A stretch of 62,060 nucleotides of DNA from Gemmatimonadota bacterium (GTDB lineage Bacteria; Gemmatimonadota; Gemmatimonadetes; JACCXV01; JAHWKZ01). Below, one piece after another: positions 1 to 13,061 of this stretch. The first letter of the stretch is position 1. Every line of letters begins with the position of its first letter. Both the position numbers and the translations under genes were made by a program. The notes under the pieces are model-generated. The model had not been told where the DNA came from and ran no database searches. It saw nothing but the letters and a program-made list of their open reading frames with translations. The stretch spans positions 1 to 62,060 of the forward strand of contig JBHEOA010000102.1 of NCBI GenBank assembly GCA_046261835.1, given 5' to 3'.

Positions 1-2
1 AT

Positions 3-1241
3 CCGGATTTACGTGCGGAGGCGCGACTCCGATTCGGCGCGCACTGGCCTCGCGCTCATCTCTCGGCACTCGTGGATGGAAGCGCCCTATCGAGCGCGCG
101 CAACCGGTTCGATGTTCGTGGTTCTCGCGACGGTGCGGCGGTGGCGGTCCGCTCGGCCTACCTCCTCTGGGAAAATGCGCGTCTCTTGCTGGTGGTGGGA
201 CGGCTCCCCGTGGAGTGGGGGAACGGCCTCACAGGAGGCCTCGGCATCACCGCCGCGGGCCCCTCGCTCGACGGCTTCCTGGGCCGCGCCCGATGGAAGT
301 ACGCCCACGCGACAATCCTCTCCGCCTTCCTGGAGGACGAATTCGCCAACCGCAGGCTCGACAGAATGGGCAACACAGTCCCGAGCTCAATTCCGGATGA
401 CGATCCCCCCATCGTCGATCGATATCTGCATGGGCATCGCGTGGACTTCCGCTTGGGGAGACTGGACCTGGGGATCTACGAGACGGCGCTCGTCAGTGGC
501 GTTCGACGACACGCCGATTTACGGTTCGCCGTGGGTCTGCTGCCCTACAACGTGATCCAGCTGGAAAGAGACGAAGTCGACGAGGTTGACATCAACCTCG
601 CCGCCGGCGGTCAATTTCGTCTGCGACTCCCGTTTCAGGCCCTCCTCTACGGCGAGTACTTCGCCGACGAGATCTTCCTCGATACCGATCTCGGTGAGGT
701 AATCCGGGGTCTGCGCGGGGAGAGAGCGAACACGCAGGGATTTCAGCAAGGTGTTCGGTGGCTCGAACCCTTTGGCGCCGAAGGGCTGCAGCTCGAAGCG
801 GAATGGATCCGGCTCGAGCGGTTCGTTTATCTCCACCGCGGCTTGAACACGAACTGGCGAAGGAGGGGAGTCCCGATTGGCTCCTTCCTCGGGCCCGATT
901 CCGAGCGCCTGGCGATCGCCGTTCGCTACGACCGCCTCCTGGACGGCGCCTGGGCATCGGCCGAACTGGGCGTGGTATTCCACCGTCGCGGCATGGGTCG
1001 CATCACCGACAACGTGGACATCCAGGCGCCCGCGGCGTCGACCCAACCGAGAGTTCCTGCCGAGAGACGACGCCTGCTGGTCGCCGACCTCAGACTGATA
1101 TGGCCGGGTGTGGGGCACGGGGGGTTTCGCGTACAAGGCGGAAGGATCGAGAACGCGAACAACTTAGCTGGAGAGGTCGCGGAGCCGCTCGATCTCGAGC
1201 TGTACGTCACCCTCACCCGGCGATGGGTCGATGTCCGCTAA
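3..1241 (+). CDS. Capsule assembly Wzi-family-like outer membrane protein, 5'-truncated by the window edge
   Basis: The frame is open from position 3 to the stop at 1241. It shares FxYLHRGLNTNW...GSxLGPD with the downstream paralog and has alternating beta-strand patterns. The Wzi assignment is from motif recall, not a search. Confidence 0.6.
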   Translation, partial: PDLRAEARLRFGAHWPRAHLSALVDGSALSSARNRFDVRGSRDGAAVAVRSAYLLWENARLLLVVGRLPVEWGNGLTGGLGITAAGPSLDGFLGRARWKYAHATILSAFLEDEFANRRLDRMGNTVPSSIPDDDPPIVDRYLHGHRVDFRLGRLDLGIYETALVSGVRRHADLRFAVGLLPYNVIQLERDEVDEVDINLAAGGQFRLRLPFQALLYGEYFADEIFLDTDLGEVIRGLRGERANTQGFQQGVRWLEPFGAEGLQLEAEWIRLERFVYLHRGLNTNWRRRGVPIGSFLGPDSERLAIAVRYDRLLDGAWASAELGVVFHRRGMGRITDNVDIQAPAASTQPRVPAERRRLLVADLRLIWPGVGHGGFRVQGGRIENANNLAGEVAEPLDLELYVTLTRRWVDVR

Positions 1242-2892
1242 CGGCGCGACTTTGCTGCTGCGGTTCCTTCGGATCGCACCGGCGGCTGCGGTCTTGCTTC
1301 TCCCCGCCATGGCCCGGGCCCAGAGCCTCCGCGTCGTGCCCCCGGAGGATTGGCGCTATCCGCTTCTCGACGCCCTCATTCTTCGCCGGCCGGCGGTGGC
1401 GCGGGACGTCTGGCTGGCCAACCGGCCGTGGCGCGCTGGAGAGATCGCCGCCGTCCTCTCGCGCGCCAGCGCGACGCCCGAGCTGAGCTCGCTGGAACGG
1501 CAGTGGGTCGAGACGCTCTCGTCCGACGAGCTCGAGGAGCGCGGAGATCCGATCGTCTACCACAATCAAGTCTCAGGTCGCTACCAGGGCGACTTCGCGA
1601 CCGACCAGGCGAGCTTCGAGCCGCCGTTCGCTCCGCCGACCTTCTCCGAGGACCGCGGGACCCCCGACCATCGCGCCATCCTCCAGCACGACTTCGCGAT
1701 CCAGTACGGGGGGCGGTTTGTCGCGGGGTGGCGGTACGTCTTCGACACCAACATCCGGGCCGACCCGACGCGCCGCACGCGCATCGGGATCCGCGGCTCG
1801 GAGCGCGCGAACGTCGAGGTGCTGGATGCCTACCTGACCGCGGTCGCCGGCCCCGTGAGGGCTACCGTAGGTCGATTCACCACCTCCCTGGGTCCCGGTC
1901 AGGCCACCGCCCTGTTCCTCTCGGACTCGATCCCGGCCCTCGATCAGATCCGACTCGAGCTGATCGCAGATCCGATTCGCTTCACGGCACTGGTCTCGCA
2001 GCTCAGCCGCGAGCGACCCAACCGACAACTGGACCCCGTGGGCGATACGATCGAGGGGTCGTCGCCATCGGAAGAGGATCCCGTACCCTTCGACGTGACG
2101 CGATTCCTCTACCTGCATCGCGTCGACTGGCGCGTTATCGACGCCCTCCAGGTGGCGGTGTCCGAAGCAGCGATCGTGACCGGAATCGACCGCAACCTCG
2201 AATTCCGCTTTGCGAACCCGTTCATCCCTTTCAGCGTGACGCAGGAGGAGGAGGACGAGCTCGACCAGGAGAACATAAACATCGTCGCCGACGTGGAGGC
2301 CGTGTTCAGCCTCCCGGGGTGGCGCCTCTACGGCGATCTCTTCGTGGAGGAGTTCTTCATCGACTCGGACAAGAGGCGCCGGATCGGCAACCAGCTGGCT
2401 TGGCGCGGCGGCGCATGGTGGGCGGATCCCGTGGGGTGGCAAGGGGGCTCCGTAGGCCTCGAGTACACTCGCGCGGATGTGTTCACCTACCTCCACCGCG
2501 GGCTCAACACGAACTGGTCGACGTTCGGCGTTCCGCTGGGGAGCTCCTTGGGTCCCGACGCCGATCAGCTTTACGGCTGGATCGACTATTGGTTCACGCC
2601 CGGGGTCGTGCTGAGAGTCGATGCGCTCGGGCGCCGGGCAGGGGAGCGCAGCATCCGCACGCTCGAAAGCGTGATCGAAGCGGGAAACCCGCCGTTCCCG
2701 AGTGGAACGGTCCAGAGGGAGCTACGAGGCGGGTTGGAGCTCTGGGGGGTGGAACCTGAGTGGGGGCTCGAAGGACGGGCGCGGGTCAGTTGGACGCGTG
2801 CCGAGAACATCGAAAACGACCCCGCCGGGAACGGCGACTTCTGGCAGCTCGCCCTGGAATTGATTTACCGCCTTGAATTAACCTCGCGATGA
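1231..2892 (+). CDS. Capsule assembly Wzi-family-like outer membrane beta-barrel protein
   Basis: 553-aa ORF with a signal peptide (..AMARA-Q), YLYLHRVDW, FANPFIPF and GSSLGPDAD motifs, and C-terminal beta strands. Confidence 0.65.
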   Translation: MSANGATLLLRFLRIAPAAAVLLLPAMARAQSLRVVPPEDWRYPLLDALILRRPAVARDVWLANRPWRAGEIAAVLSRASATPELSSLERQWVETLSSDELEERGDPIVYHNQVSGRYQGDFATDQASFEPPFAPPTFSEDRGTPDHRAILQHDFAIQYGGRFVAGWRYVFDTNIRADPTRRTRIGIRGSERANVEVLDAYLTAVAGPVRATVGRFTTSLGPGQATALFLSDSIPALDQIRLELIADPIRFTALVSQLSRERPNRQLDPVGDTIEGSSPSEEDPVPFDVTRFLYLHRVDWRVIDALQVAVSEAAIVTGIDRNLEFRFANPFIPFSVTQEEEDELDQENINIVADVEAVFSLPGWRLYGDLFVEEFFIDSDKRRRIGNQLAWRGGAWWADPVGWQGGSVGLEYTRADVFTYLHRGLNTNWSTFGVPLGSSLGPDADQLYGWIDYWFTPGVVLRVDALGRRAGERSIRTLESVIEAGNPPFPSGTVQRELRGGLELWGVEPEWGLEGRARVSWTRAENIENDPAGNGDFWQLALELIYRLELTSR

Positions 2893-2936
2893 TCGAATTG
2901 AGCTCGCGGTAATGAATCGATTCGCGATCGTTTCGG

Positions 2937-3533
2937 CTAGCGATAGTATGGGTTCGCGCCGCTGGCGTGATCCGTCGTGTCGACGACCTCGACGACTTCG
3001 GGCAGCACCTCACGGATCCGCGTCTCGATTCCCTGCTTCAGCGTCACGTCGACCATTCCGCACCCGTGGCAGCCGCCGCCGAAGGCGAGGAACGCTTTGC
3101 CGTCTCGCACGTCGACCAGCGTGACCCTTCCCCCGTGAGCGGCGATAGCGGGATTGATCTCGGTGTCGAGCAGCATCTGGAGCCGATCGGCCACAGGGCC
3201 CTCCAGGTCCCCGCGCGCGCCGGTGGGCAACAGCGGCGAATCGGGCACGTTGGGGTTCTCAAATCGGAACCCGCTCGTCAGAAGCGTCTCTTCGTAATCG
3301 ATCCGCGTACCCTCGATCCGCGCGGCGCTATCAGGATCGAGGACGAGGCGGAATCCGTCCTGCTCGATGACGCGCTCGTCCGGTCCCGCCTTTTCGGCTG
3401 AAGAGGCGCTCATCTTGTACGCGAAGCCGCCGTTCTCGAGTCGGACCTCGATTCGCAGAGCGTTGCATGGAGGGTCGGTTCGACCCAGGGCTTCGCGGAT
3501 CCGCTCGCGGGCGGCATCGGTGAGCTCGATCAT
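2937..3533 (-). CDS. nfuA: Fe-S biogenesis protein NfuA (degenerate A-type carrier domain + NifU-C domain)
   Basis: N-terminal IscA/HesB-like MIELTDAARERI...GFRFENPN; C-terminal INPAIAAHGG and GGGCHGCG; AGGAGG SD upstream. Confidence 0.88.
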   Translation of the reverse strand: MIELTDAARERIREALGRTDPPCNALRIEVRLENGGFAYKMSASSAEKAGPDERVIEQDGFRLVLDPDSAARIEGTRIDYEETLLTSGFRFENPNVPDSPLLPTGARGDLEGPVADRLQMLLDTEINPAIAAHGGRVTLVDVRDGKAFLAFGGGCHGCGMVDVTLKQGIETRIREVLPEVVEVVDTTDHASGANPYYR

Positions 3534-3638
3534 CGGTTACCTCCTGTCGTAAACCGCCGCCGGACTTTCGTGAGCCCTCGGAATCTCTCCGTGCGCCCGA
3601 GGAAACGGCAAGGCCCACGTCCGTGTGACCGAGCGGCT

Positions 3639-3666
3639 TTGCTGCGATACTTGCAGCTACTATTTT
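3639..3666 (+). promoter_or_regulatory. Putative sigma70 promoter of hldE
   Basis: TTGCTG-N16-TATTTT, 8 nt before the ATG at 3675; no SD. Confidence 0.45.
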
Positions 3667-3674
3667 ATTTGGCT

Positions 3675-5114
3675 ATGCCCGACGGCGTCACGATCCTGCG
3701 CGAGGCGCTCCATCGCCTCGGACCGCGACGGATCCTCGTTTACGGGGACCTGATGCTCGACGAGTACCTCTTCGGGCGGGCCGATCGTCTGAGCCCCGAG
3801 AAGCCCGTCCCCGTCGTCGCCTTCGAGCGAGAGGATCGCTACGTGGGCGGCGCCGGCAATGTGGTCCGGAACCTCCGGGCGCTGGGATGCGAGCCGATTC
3901 TGGTGGCTGTCGTAGGCGACGACGTCGTGGGCGGCGAATGTCGCAGCCAGCTCGCGCGCGACGGCCTGAGTGGTGAGGGGGTTGTCATCGAGCCCGGCCG
4001 TCGTACGCCCCGCAAGCTACGGGTCCACGCGGGACAGCATGCGCTCGCCCGCATCGACTACGAGGATCCCGAGGGCGGCTCAGCGCGCGCTCACGAGACG
4101 CTCGAAGCCGCGCTCGAGCGGCTCGCCCCGGAATGCGACGCAGCGGTGGTCAGCGATTACCGCAAGGGCGTCGTCACCGCGCGCGGAGTGGCGCGACTCG
4201 CCGCCGCGCTCGATGGCGCTCCGATCGTCGTCGATCCCAAGGGCGCGGACGTCGAGCGGTACCGTGGCGCGACCTTCCTCCTGCCCAACGAGCGCGAGCT
4301 TTCAGAGCTTCTCGGCGGGGCGTGGGACGACGCCGGCGCTGAGGCCCTGCGCCAGCGACTGGGCCTGGTCGCGCTCGTGTTGACGCGCTCGGAGCGAGGT
4401 GTGCGACTATACGACGGCGGGTCGCCGCGTGACATCCCTGCGCGCGCGCGCCAGGTGTTCGACGTGACAGGAGCCGGCGATACGTTTGCCGCCGCCTTCA
4501 CCGCTTTCGTGGCAGCTGGAGAGGCGCCCGAGGTCGCCGCGCGTCTGGCCAACGTCGCCGCGGGGATCAAGGTGCGAAAGGTCGGAACCGCGACCGTGAC
4601 GCGAACGGAGATCGAGCGCGAGCTGTGGCGTGACGAGCCGGGCCGACGCAAGCGCGTCGACCGGGAAACGGCGGCGGCGATCGCCGCCGAGCGGCGAGCC
4701 GCCGGCCAGACGGTCGTGTTCACGAACGGCTGCTTCGACCTGCTGCACGTCGGACACATCCAGTACCTGGAAGCGTCGCGTGCGCTCGGCGACTGCCTGG
4801 TCCTGGGGCTCAACACCGACGCTTCGGTGCGTCGGCTCAAGGGGCCGGAGCGGCCGATCCTCGACGAAACGGAGCGGGCGGAGATCCTCTCGGCACTGTC
4901 GTGCGTCGACTACGTCATCCTCTTCGACGAGGACACGCCGCTCGCGCTCATCGACGCGATCCGGCCCGACGTCCTGACGAAGGGCGCGGATTACTCGCTC
5001 GAAGAGATCGTCGGGGCCCAACAGGTTCAGGCATATGGTGGGCGGGTCGAGCGGATCGATCTGGTCGCCGGGAAATCGACATCGGGCATCATCTCTAGAA
5101 TCAGGCAAACATGA
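3675..5114 (+). CDS. hldE: Bifunctional heptose 7-phosphate kinase / heptose 1-phosphate adenylyltransferase
   Basis: GDLMLDEY, SPExPVPV and DVTGAGD (PfkB kinase) followed by FTNGCFDLLHVGH (cytidylyltransferase-like). Start reset from the ORF-track 3570 to the ATG at 3675. Confidence 0.93.
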   Translation: MPDGVTILREALHRLGPRRILVYGDLMLDEYLFGRADRLSPEKPVPVVAFEREDRYVGGAGNVVRNLRALGCEPILVAVVGDDVVGGECRSQLARDGLSGEGVVIEPGRRTPRKLRVHAGQHALARIDYEDPEGGSARAHETLEAALERLAPECDAAVVSDYRKGVVTARGVARLAAALDGAPIVVDPKGADVERYRGATFLLPNERELSELLGGAWDDAGAEALRQRLGLVALVLTRSERGVRLYDGGSPRDIPARARQVFDVTGAGDTFAAAFTAFVAAGEAPEVAARLANVAAGIKVRKVGTATVTRTEIERELWRDEPGRRKRVDRETAAAIAAERRAAGQTVVFTNGCFDLLHVGHIQYLEASRALGDCLVLGLNTDASVRRLKGPERPILDETERAEILSALSCVDYVILFDEDTPLALIDAIRPDVLTKGADYSLEEIVGAQQVQAYGGRVERIDLVAGKSTSGIISRIRQT

Positions 5115-5127
5115 GAGGCGGACGGAT

Positions 5128-6471
5128 ATGAGAGTCGGTGTCTTCGGAGCGGGTTACGTCGGCTTGGTGACCGGCACGTGCTTCGCCGAGATGGGAAACG
5201 ACGTTCTCTTGTGCGACATCGATCCCGAGCGAGTGGCTGGGCTGAGAAAGGGCGAGCTTCCCATCTACGAGCCGGGTCTGGGCGAGCTGCTTCATCGCAG
5301 CCTCGCCGAGGGACGCTTGCGGTTCACCACCGAGCCCGGCGAGGCGGTGGCGCACGCCGAGATCCTGTTCGTCGCGGTGGGGACGCCCTCCGACGTCGAC
5401 GGCTCCGCCGACCTCAGTGCGGTACTGGCGGTGGCGCGCGAAATCGGCCGTCACGCCGACGGTCCACGGGTGGTCGTGAACAAGAGCACCGTGCCTGTCG
5501 GTACGGCGGACAAGGTCCGAGCGGCACTCGCCGAGGTATCGGACCACGAGTTCGTCGTGGTGTCGAACCCCGAATTCCTCAAAGAGGGAACGGCGGTCGA
5601 GGACTTCATGAAGCCGGATCGCGTCGTCGTGGGCACCGATGACGCCGAAACGCGAATGATGATGGAAGCGCTCTATGCGCCCTTCGTCAGGACCGGCAAC
5701 CCGATCTTCTTCATGACCCCGCGCTCGGCCGAGATGACCAAGTACGCGGCCAATGCGATGCTGGCCACGCGCATCACGTTCATGAACGAGATCGCCAACC
5801 TGTGCGACCGCGTCGGAGCCAACGTCGACCAGGTCCGCGTCGCGCTCGGAGCCGATCGCCGGATCGGGCCCGCTTTCCTCTTTCCCGGCGTGGGGTTCGG
5901 CGGGTCGTGTTTCCCCAAAGACGTGCGCGCCCTCGAGCGGCTGGCCGACGAGGTGGGCTACGATTTCCGCGTCATCAAGGCGGTCCATGGCGTCAACGAG
6001 GATCAGAAGCGGATCCTCTCGGAGCGAATCCGATCGCACTTCGGCGACGATCTGACCGGCCGCCGCCTCGCCGTATGGGGGCTGGCTTTCAAACCGCGCA
6101 CCGACGATGTCCGGGAAGCCCCAGCCCTGGCGCTAATCGAGGAGCTGCTGGCGGCGGGCGCGACCGTCTCGGCGTTCGACCCCGAGGCGATCCACACCGC
6201 TCGGCGGATTCTGGGCGATCGGGTCGATTACGCCGAGGGCGCTTACGATGCTCTCGAAGGCTGTGATGCGCTGGTCATCGTGACCGAGTGGAACGAATTC
6301 CGCTTTCCCGACCTGGCGCGCGTGCAGTCGCTGCTCAAGACTCCGGTCGTCTTCGACGGTCGCAACATCTACGATCCCGAGAGGATGGCCGCGATGGGAT
6401 TCGTCTACCATTCCATCGGCCGGCCTACCGCCGCACGCGCGGCGGCTCCCGCTTCGTTCCCGAACATCTGA
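5128..6471 (+). CDS. ugd: UDP-glucose 6-dehydrogenase
   Basis: GAGYVG Rossmann motif, NPEFLKEG, catalytic [16 protein letters not shown]. Confidence 0.94.
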   Translation: MRVGVFGAGYVGLVTGTCFAEMGNDVLLCDIDPERVAGLRKGELPIYEPGLGELLHRSLAEGRLRFTTEPGEAVAHAEILFVAVGTPSDVDGSADLSAVLAVAREIGRHADGPRVVVNKSTVPVGTADKVRAALAEVSDHEFVVVSNPEFLKEGTAVEDFMKPDRVVVGTDDAETRMMMEALYAPFVRTGNPIFFMTPRSAEMTKYAANAMLATRITFMNEIANLCDRVGANVDQVRVALGADRRIGPAFLFPGVGFGGSCFPKDVRALERLADEVGYDFRVIKAVHGVNEDQKRILSERIRSHFGDDLTGRRLAVWGLAFKPRTDDVREAPALALIEELLAAGATVSAFDPEAIHTARRILGDRVDYAEGAYDALEGCDALVIVTEWNEFRFPDLARVQSLLKTPVVFDGRNIYDPERMAAMGFVYHSIGRPTAARAAAPASFPNI

Positions 6472-7406
6472 TGCGCGTCCTGATCACGGGCGCGGCGGGC
6501 TTCCTCGGCTCGCACGTCTCGGAGCGCTTGCTCACCGAGGGCCACGAGGTCATCGCGATGGATAACCTGATCACCGGGCGCGCCGAGAACATCGCCCACC
6601 TGATCGGCCGCGATCGCTTCCGTTTCGTCCATCACGATGTCACCAACTTCGTCTACGTCGACGGCTCCATCGATGCGGTGCTCCACTTCGCCAGCCCCGC
6701 CAGTCCGATCGACTACCTGGAGCTTCCGATCCAGACCCTCAAGGTCGGGTCCCTCGGCACGCACAAGACGCTGGGTCTCGCCAAGCACAAGGGGGCGCGC
6801 TATCTGCTCGCCTCGACCAGCGAGGTGTACGGCGATCCGCTCGTCAACCCCCAGCCCGAGTCATACTGGGGAAACGTCAACCCCGTTGGGCCGCGCGGTG
6901 TCTACGATGAGGCCAAGCGCTTCGCCGAGGCGCTGGCGATGGCCTACCACCGGGTTCACGGGCTGGACGTCAAGATCGTTCGGATCTTCAACACTTTCGG
7001 GCCGCGTCAGAGGCCCCATGACGGGCGGGCAGTGTCGAATTTCATCCGGCAGGCGCTCGACGGCGAGCCGCTGACGATCTACGGTGACGGCACACAGACG
7101 CGGTCATTCTGCTACGTCGACGATGAGGTCGAAGGGATATACCGACTCCTGATGTCGGATCACGTCGGCCCCATGAATATCGGCAACCCAAATGAGAAGA
7201 AGGTCTTGGAGCTTGCCGAGAACGTGCTCGAGCTGACCGGCAGCGCGGGTCCGATTGAATACCATCCGCTCCCGGTGGATGACCCCCGGGTCCGGCGGCC
7301 GGACATCGGGCTGGCCAAGCGTGTGATGGGCTGGGAGCCCAAGGTTTCCCTCCGGGAGGGCCTCGAGCGGACGATCGCCTACTTCCGCTCACTCGACCGG
7401 CGCTGA
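6471..7406 (+). CDS. UDP-glucuronate decarboxylase (UDP-xylose synthase) family SDR
   Basis: [37 protein letters not shown]; TGATG overlap with ugd. Confidence 0.88.
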   Translation: MRVLITGAAGFLGSHVSERLLTEGHEVIAMDNLITGRAENIAHLIGRDRFRFVHHDVTNFVYVDGSIDAVLHFASPASPIDYLELPIQTLKVGSLGTHKTLGLAKHKGARYLLASTSEVYGDPLVNPQPESYWGNVNPVGPRGVYDEAKRFAEALAMAYHRVHGLDVKIVRIFNTFGPRQRPHDGRAVSNFIRQALDGEPLTIYGDGTQTRSFCYVDDEVEGIYRLLMSDHVGPMNIGNPNEKKVLELAENVLELTGSAGPIEYHPLPVDDPRVRRPDIGLAKRVMGWEPKVSLREGLERTIAYFRSLDRR

Positions 7407-7410
7407 CTTC

Positions 7411-9850
<2,440 letters not shown>

Positions 9851-9914
9851 CCGTCCTCGGCACGCCGCCGCCTCTGGGGTGTAGTTTCTTGCGTCGCGAG
9901 AAAGGTGACGGACC

Positions 9915-10553
9915 GTGAACGAGGATCGGGCCTGGCGGCTCGACGTCGGCACTCTGCTCGCGTTCGACGACGAGATGGTGCTCGCCTGGCATGAAGACGC
10001 CGTTGGCGCCGAGAGGAACCTCCGCGCGGCCCACGCCGGCTTCGCGACGCCGCCAGCAATGGCGGCCACGATCGGCCGCGAGCACATCGTCAACATCCGT
10101 CTGTGGCATGAAGAGGACGAAGCGCGGAGGCCCGACGCCCGCGATGAGACGATCGCCGCGATCAAGCGGCGGATCGACGCCCTGAACCAGGAGCGGAACG
10201 ACTTGATCGAACGGATCGACGAGCAGCTTCTCGAGGCCATCGGTCCCCAGAAAGCCGAGGCTCCACTTCACTCGGAGACACCAGGGTCGATCGTCGATCG
10301 CCTTTCGATCCTGGCGCTCAAGCGGTATCACATGCGCGAGGAAGCCGAACGCGGCGATGCAAGCGCGGAGCACCGGTCGCGCTGCCGGTCGCGGCTGGCC
10401 ACGATCGAGGAGCAACGCGGCGACCTGGCTGACTGCCTTCGGGCGCTTCTCGCCGACCTCGCCGCAGGCCGGCAGCGCGTGCGGATCTACCGCCAGTTCA
10501 AGATGTACAATGACCCCGAGCTCAATCCGGCCTTGCGGGAGGCGCGCCGATGA
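9915..10553 (+). CDS. DUF4254-like helical protein
   Basis: [46 protein letters not shown] and [10 protein letters not shown] match my recall of this family. Confidence 0.8.
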   Translation: MNEDRAWRLDVGTLLAFDDEMVLAWHEDAVGAERNLRAAHAGFATPPAMAATIGREHIVNIRLWHEEDEARRPDARDETIAAIKRRIDALNQERNDLIERIDEQLLEAIGPQKAEAPLHSETPGSIVDRLSILALKRYHMREEAERGDASAEHRSRCRSRLATIEEQRGDLADCLRALLADLAAGRQRVRIYRQFKMYNDPELNPALREARR

Positions 10554-11524
10554 GCCGCCGAGGAGCCGTTCTGATCGCGCTTCTCGTCGCAGCTTGCAAC
10601 CCTCGGGCCGGTGAGTTCGAAGAGCGTGGCGACCGCTACAGCGCCCAGGGCGATTACGTCGACGCCGCCGCCGAATACGAGCTCGCGTTGGCGGAGGCCG
10701 GCGACGATGTGCCCGCGCGGTTGAGAATGAAGGCCGGGTCGCTCGCCCTCCAGGCCAAGAACTTCAGCGAGGCAAACCGTCGGCTCGGTCGGTTGCTGAT
10801 GGAGGAATCGTCGTACAGCGATCGGGTCATCGCCCTCTATCACCTCCACGCCCAGCGGTGGATAGCGACAGGGGATACGTTCGCCGCTCTGCAGGCGATC
10901 CAATGGATCCAGGCGCGCGACTCGACCGCCAATCTGGGGCCCTTGTATTTCACCCTCGGTGACGCCTACTTCGCGCGGCCCGACTACGACGCCGCGATGT
11001 CCGCTTATCTGCTGGGGCTGGCGAGAGCGGGGGACCAGGCGCCGCCGGACGTCTACGTGCGCCTCGGCGAAGCCTTCGACCGCAAACGCCATTGCCCGTC
11101 GGCGGTGCAGTACTTCAAGCGTTACCTGGAAGTCGAATCGGGGGATCCCGAGCTCGTCGCCGACGCCCGTTACCGGCTGGGAAGTTGCGCCCTCACCCTC
11201 GCCGAGCGCGCCTTCGCCAACGAAGACTACGCGACTGCACAGCTTTACATCGAGAGCGTCCTCGGCATCGGCGAGCCCGTCAGCCGGCTCGACCAGGCGG
11301 ACCTCTTGATGGCTCGGCTGTGGGAGCGACTCGACGAGCGCGACCGGGCGGTGGCGCAGTACCAGAAGATCGTCGAGCGCAATCCCGACCAGAGCTCCCG
11401 CGCCGCGATCGAGGCGTACCGCCGGCTCATGCAGCTGGAGTTCGGCCTTCCGCTCGAGACCGCGGAACGGGTCGCCGCGGAGCGCGAGCGAGGGGAACGA
11501 CAGAGCGGACGGGGGTCGCGTTGA
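10550..11524 (+). CDS. TPR-repeat lipoprotein
   Basis: Lipobox-like LVAAC after a hydrophobic stretch; repeated A..Y..A / LG.AY TPR patterns; ATGA overlap. Confidence 0.75.
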   Translation: MSRRGAVLIALLVAACNPRAGEFEERGDRYSAQGDYVDAAAEYELALAEAGDDVPARLRMKAGSLALQAKNFSEANRRLGRLLMEESSYSDRVIALYHLHAQRWIATGDTFAALQAIQWIQARDSTANLGPLYFTLGDAYFARPDYDAAMSAYLLGLARAGDQAPPDVYVRLGEAFDRKRHCPSAVQYFKRYLEVESGDPELVADARYRLGSCALTLAERAFANEDYATAQLYIESVLGIGEPVSRLDQADLLMARLWERLDERDRAVAQYQKIVERNPDQSSRAAIEAYRRLMQLEFGLPLETAERVAAERERGERQSGRGSR

Positions 11525-12297
11525 GAGGAAGGACAGCGCGCATCGCGGCGCTCGTCCTTCTGGCATGGCTGACGGCTTGCGCGTCGAACGACGGGGCGGA
11601 GCAAGTGCTGACGGCCGACGAGCAGTACGCGCGCGCGCTTCAGCTCTTCGAGGACGAGGAATTCACCGACGCCATCTCGGCGCTCCAGACCTTTACGTTC
11701 AATTACCCGCAGGATCCGCGCATCATCGAGGCGCGCTGGCTGATCGCGCGGATCTATTACGACACCGAGGATTGGGCCACGGCCGCGCAGGAATTTCTCG
11801 ACTTTCAGCGCGACTATCCGAGCCACGAGCGAGCCGCCGAGGCGGTCTTCCTGGCCGGCCGGTCTTTCCAGCGGATGTCGCTCAGGCCGGAGCTCGACCA
11901 GCGGGACACCGAACGGGCGATCAACGTCTACGACCGCCTTCTGCGCGAGTACCCGGGAAGCGCCTTCGAAGAGGAGGCGAAAGAGCGGCGTTCCCAGCTG
12001 CGCAACAAGCTGGCCGAGAAGGCCTACATCAACGGAGAGTTCTACTTCGACAACGAAGTCTATGATGGCGCAGAGCTCTACCTGACGAGCGTGATCCGCG
12101 ACTTCCCCGACAGCGACTGGTTGGCGCCGGCGTACGCCCTCCTGGCGAGGACGTACTGCGAGTGGGGGCGTCTCGATAAGGCCGTGGAGATGCAACGCGT
12201 TCTGCACGATCAGTTTCCGGAAGCTTCGGCGACCCGCGAGGTGGAGAGGACGCTCGAACCGCGGTGCCGTGGGCCAGCCGTGGAATCGAGTCGCTGA
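11521..12297 (+). CDS. bamD: Outer membrane protein assembly factor BamD
   Basis: TTG start overlapping the upstream TGA; lipobox LTAC; YP.H..A, ELDQRDTERA, YPGS, LAEK...GEFY. Confidence 0.88.
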   Translation: MRGRTARIAALVLLAWLTACASNDGAEQVLTADEQYARALQLFEDEEFTDAISALQTFTFNYPQDPRIIEARWLIARIYYDTEDWATAAQEFLDFQRDYPSHERAAEAVFLAGRSFQRMSLRPELDQRDTERAINVYDRLLREYPGSAFEEEAKERRSQLRNKLAEKAYINGEFYFDNEVYDGAELYLTSVIRDFPDSDWLAPAYALLARTYCEWGRLDKAVEMQRVLHDQFPEASATREVERTLEPRCRGPAVESSR

Positions 12298-12301
12298 GCC
12301 C

Positions 12302-12898
12302 ATGAACGGCCGCAAGGGAATTCTCGGCGGCACGTTCAACCCGCCCCACATCGCCCATCTCATCGTAGCCCACGAGGTACGACAGGCGCTGTTTCTCGAT
12401 CAGGTATTGCTCGTTCCGACCTCGAGCCATCCGTTCAAGGGCACGGCGGCGGCCTCGCCCCGCGATCGGGCGGCGATGACGGAGCTCGCGGTAGCGGGGG
12501 ATCCGGTCCTGGCAGCCGACCGCGTCGAGGTCGACCGCGGGGGGGTCTCGTACACGGCCGAGACTTTGCGCATCCTGCACCAGCGCGAGCCGGAAACAGA
12601 ATGGTATCTGATCATCGGACGCGACAACTTGGCCGAGATCGACCGCTGGCGTGAAGCCGAGGCGCTGCCACGGTTGGCGCATATCGTGGTGGTCGCACGG
12701 GGCGCGAAGCCGGCGCCAGAGCTTCCCTTCGGCGCGCGCTCGAGCTTCGTACCTGTTCCAGGTCTCGAGATCTCCTCGACCGCTGTCCGCGAGCGCGTCG
12801 CCGACGGCCGCTCGATCCGCTACTGGGTTCCCCCGGCGGTCGAGGCCTATATCCGGGAGCACGGCCTCTACCGGCCGTCTCCGGAGGGACCCGGTTGA
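12302..12898 (+). CDS. nadD: Nicotinate-nucleotide adenylyltransferase
   Basis: GGTFNPPHIAH, SYTAETL, IIGRD, ISSTAVR. Confidence 0.92.
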   Translation: MNGRKGILGGTFNPPHIAHLIVAHEVRQALFLDQVLLVPTSSHPFKGTAAASPRDRAAMTELAVAGDPVLAADRVEVDRGGVSYTAETLRILHQREPETEWYLIIGRDNLAEIDRWREAEALPRLAHIVVVARGAKPAPELPFGARSSFVPVPGLEISSTAVRERVADGRSIRYWVPPAVEAYIREHGLYRPSPEGPG

Positions 12899-12923
12899 TG
12901 GACGGCGCCGGACCCCCTAAATT
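12895..12923 (+). promoter_or_regulatory. Putative sigma70 promoter of secA
   Basis: TTGATG-N17-TAAATT. Confidence 0.6.
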
Positions 12924-13061
12924 GTAGGAGCCGGCCAAAAGTCCACAGCCTGCATACCCAAGTGCCGTAACCCTCGTCGGCGATGCCGAGTGGGTCCGAT
13001 CCCCTGTAGGTGACAAGAGAGAGAGGGCGTCGTCGACGCCCTGACGGAGATCCAGAAAAGC

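Noticed and set aside
3570-3674. ORF-track upstream extensions of hldE, ugd, uxs, bamD, rho, tsaB, ribF, rpsO, ald, mreB and spoIID
   Set aside because: The extensions overlap upstream genes or promoters and precede the family N-terminus, so starts were reassigned.
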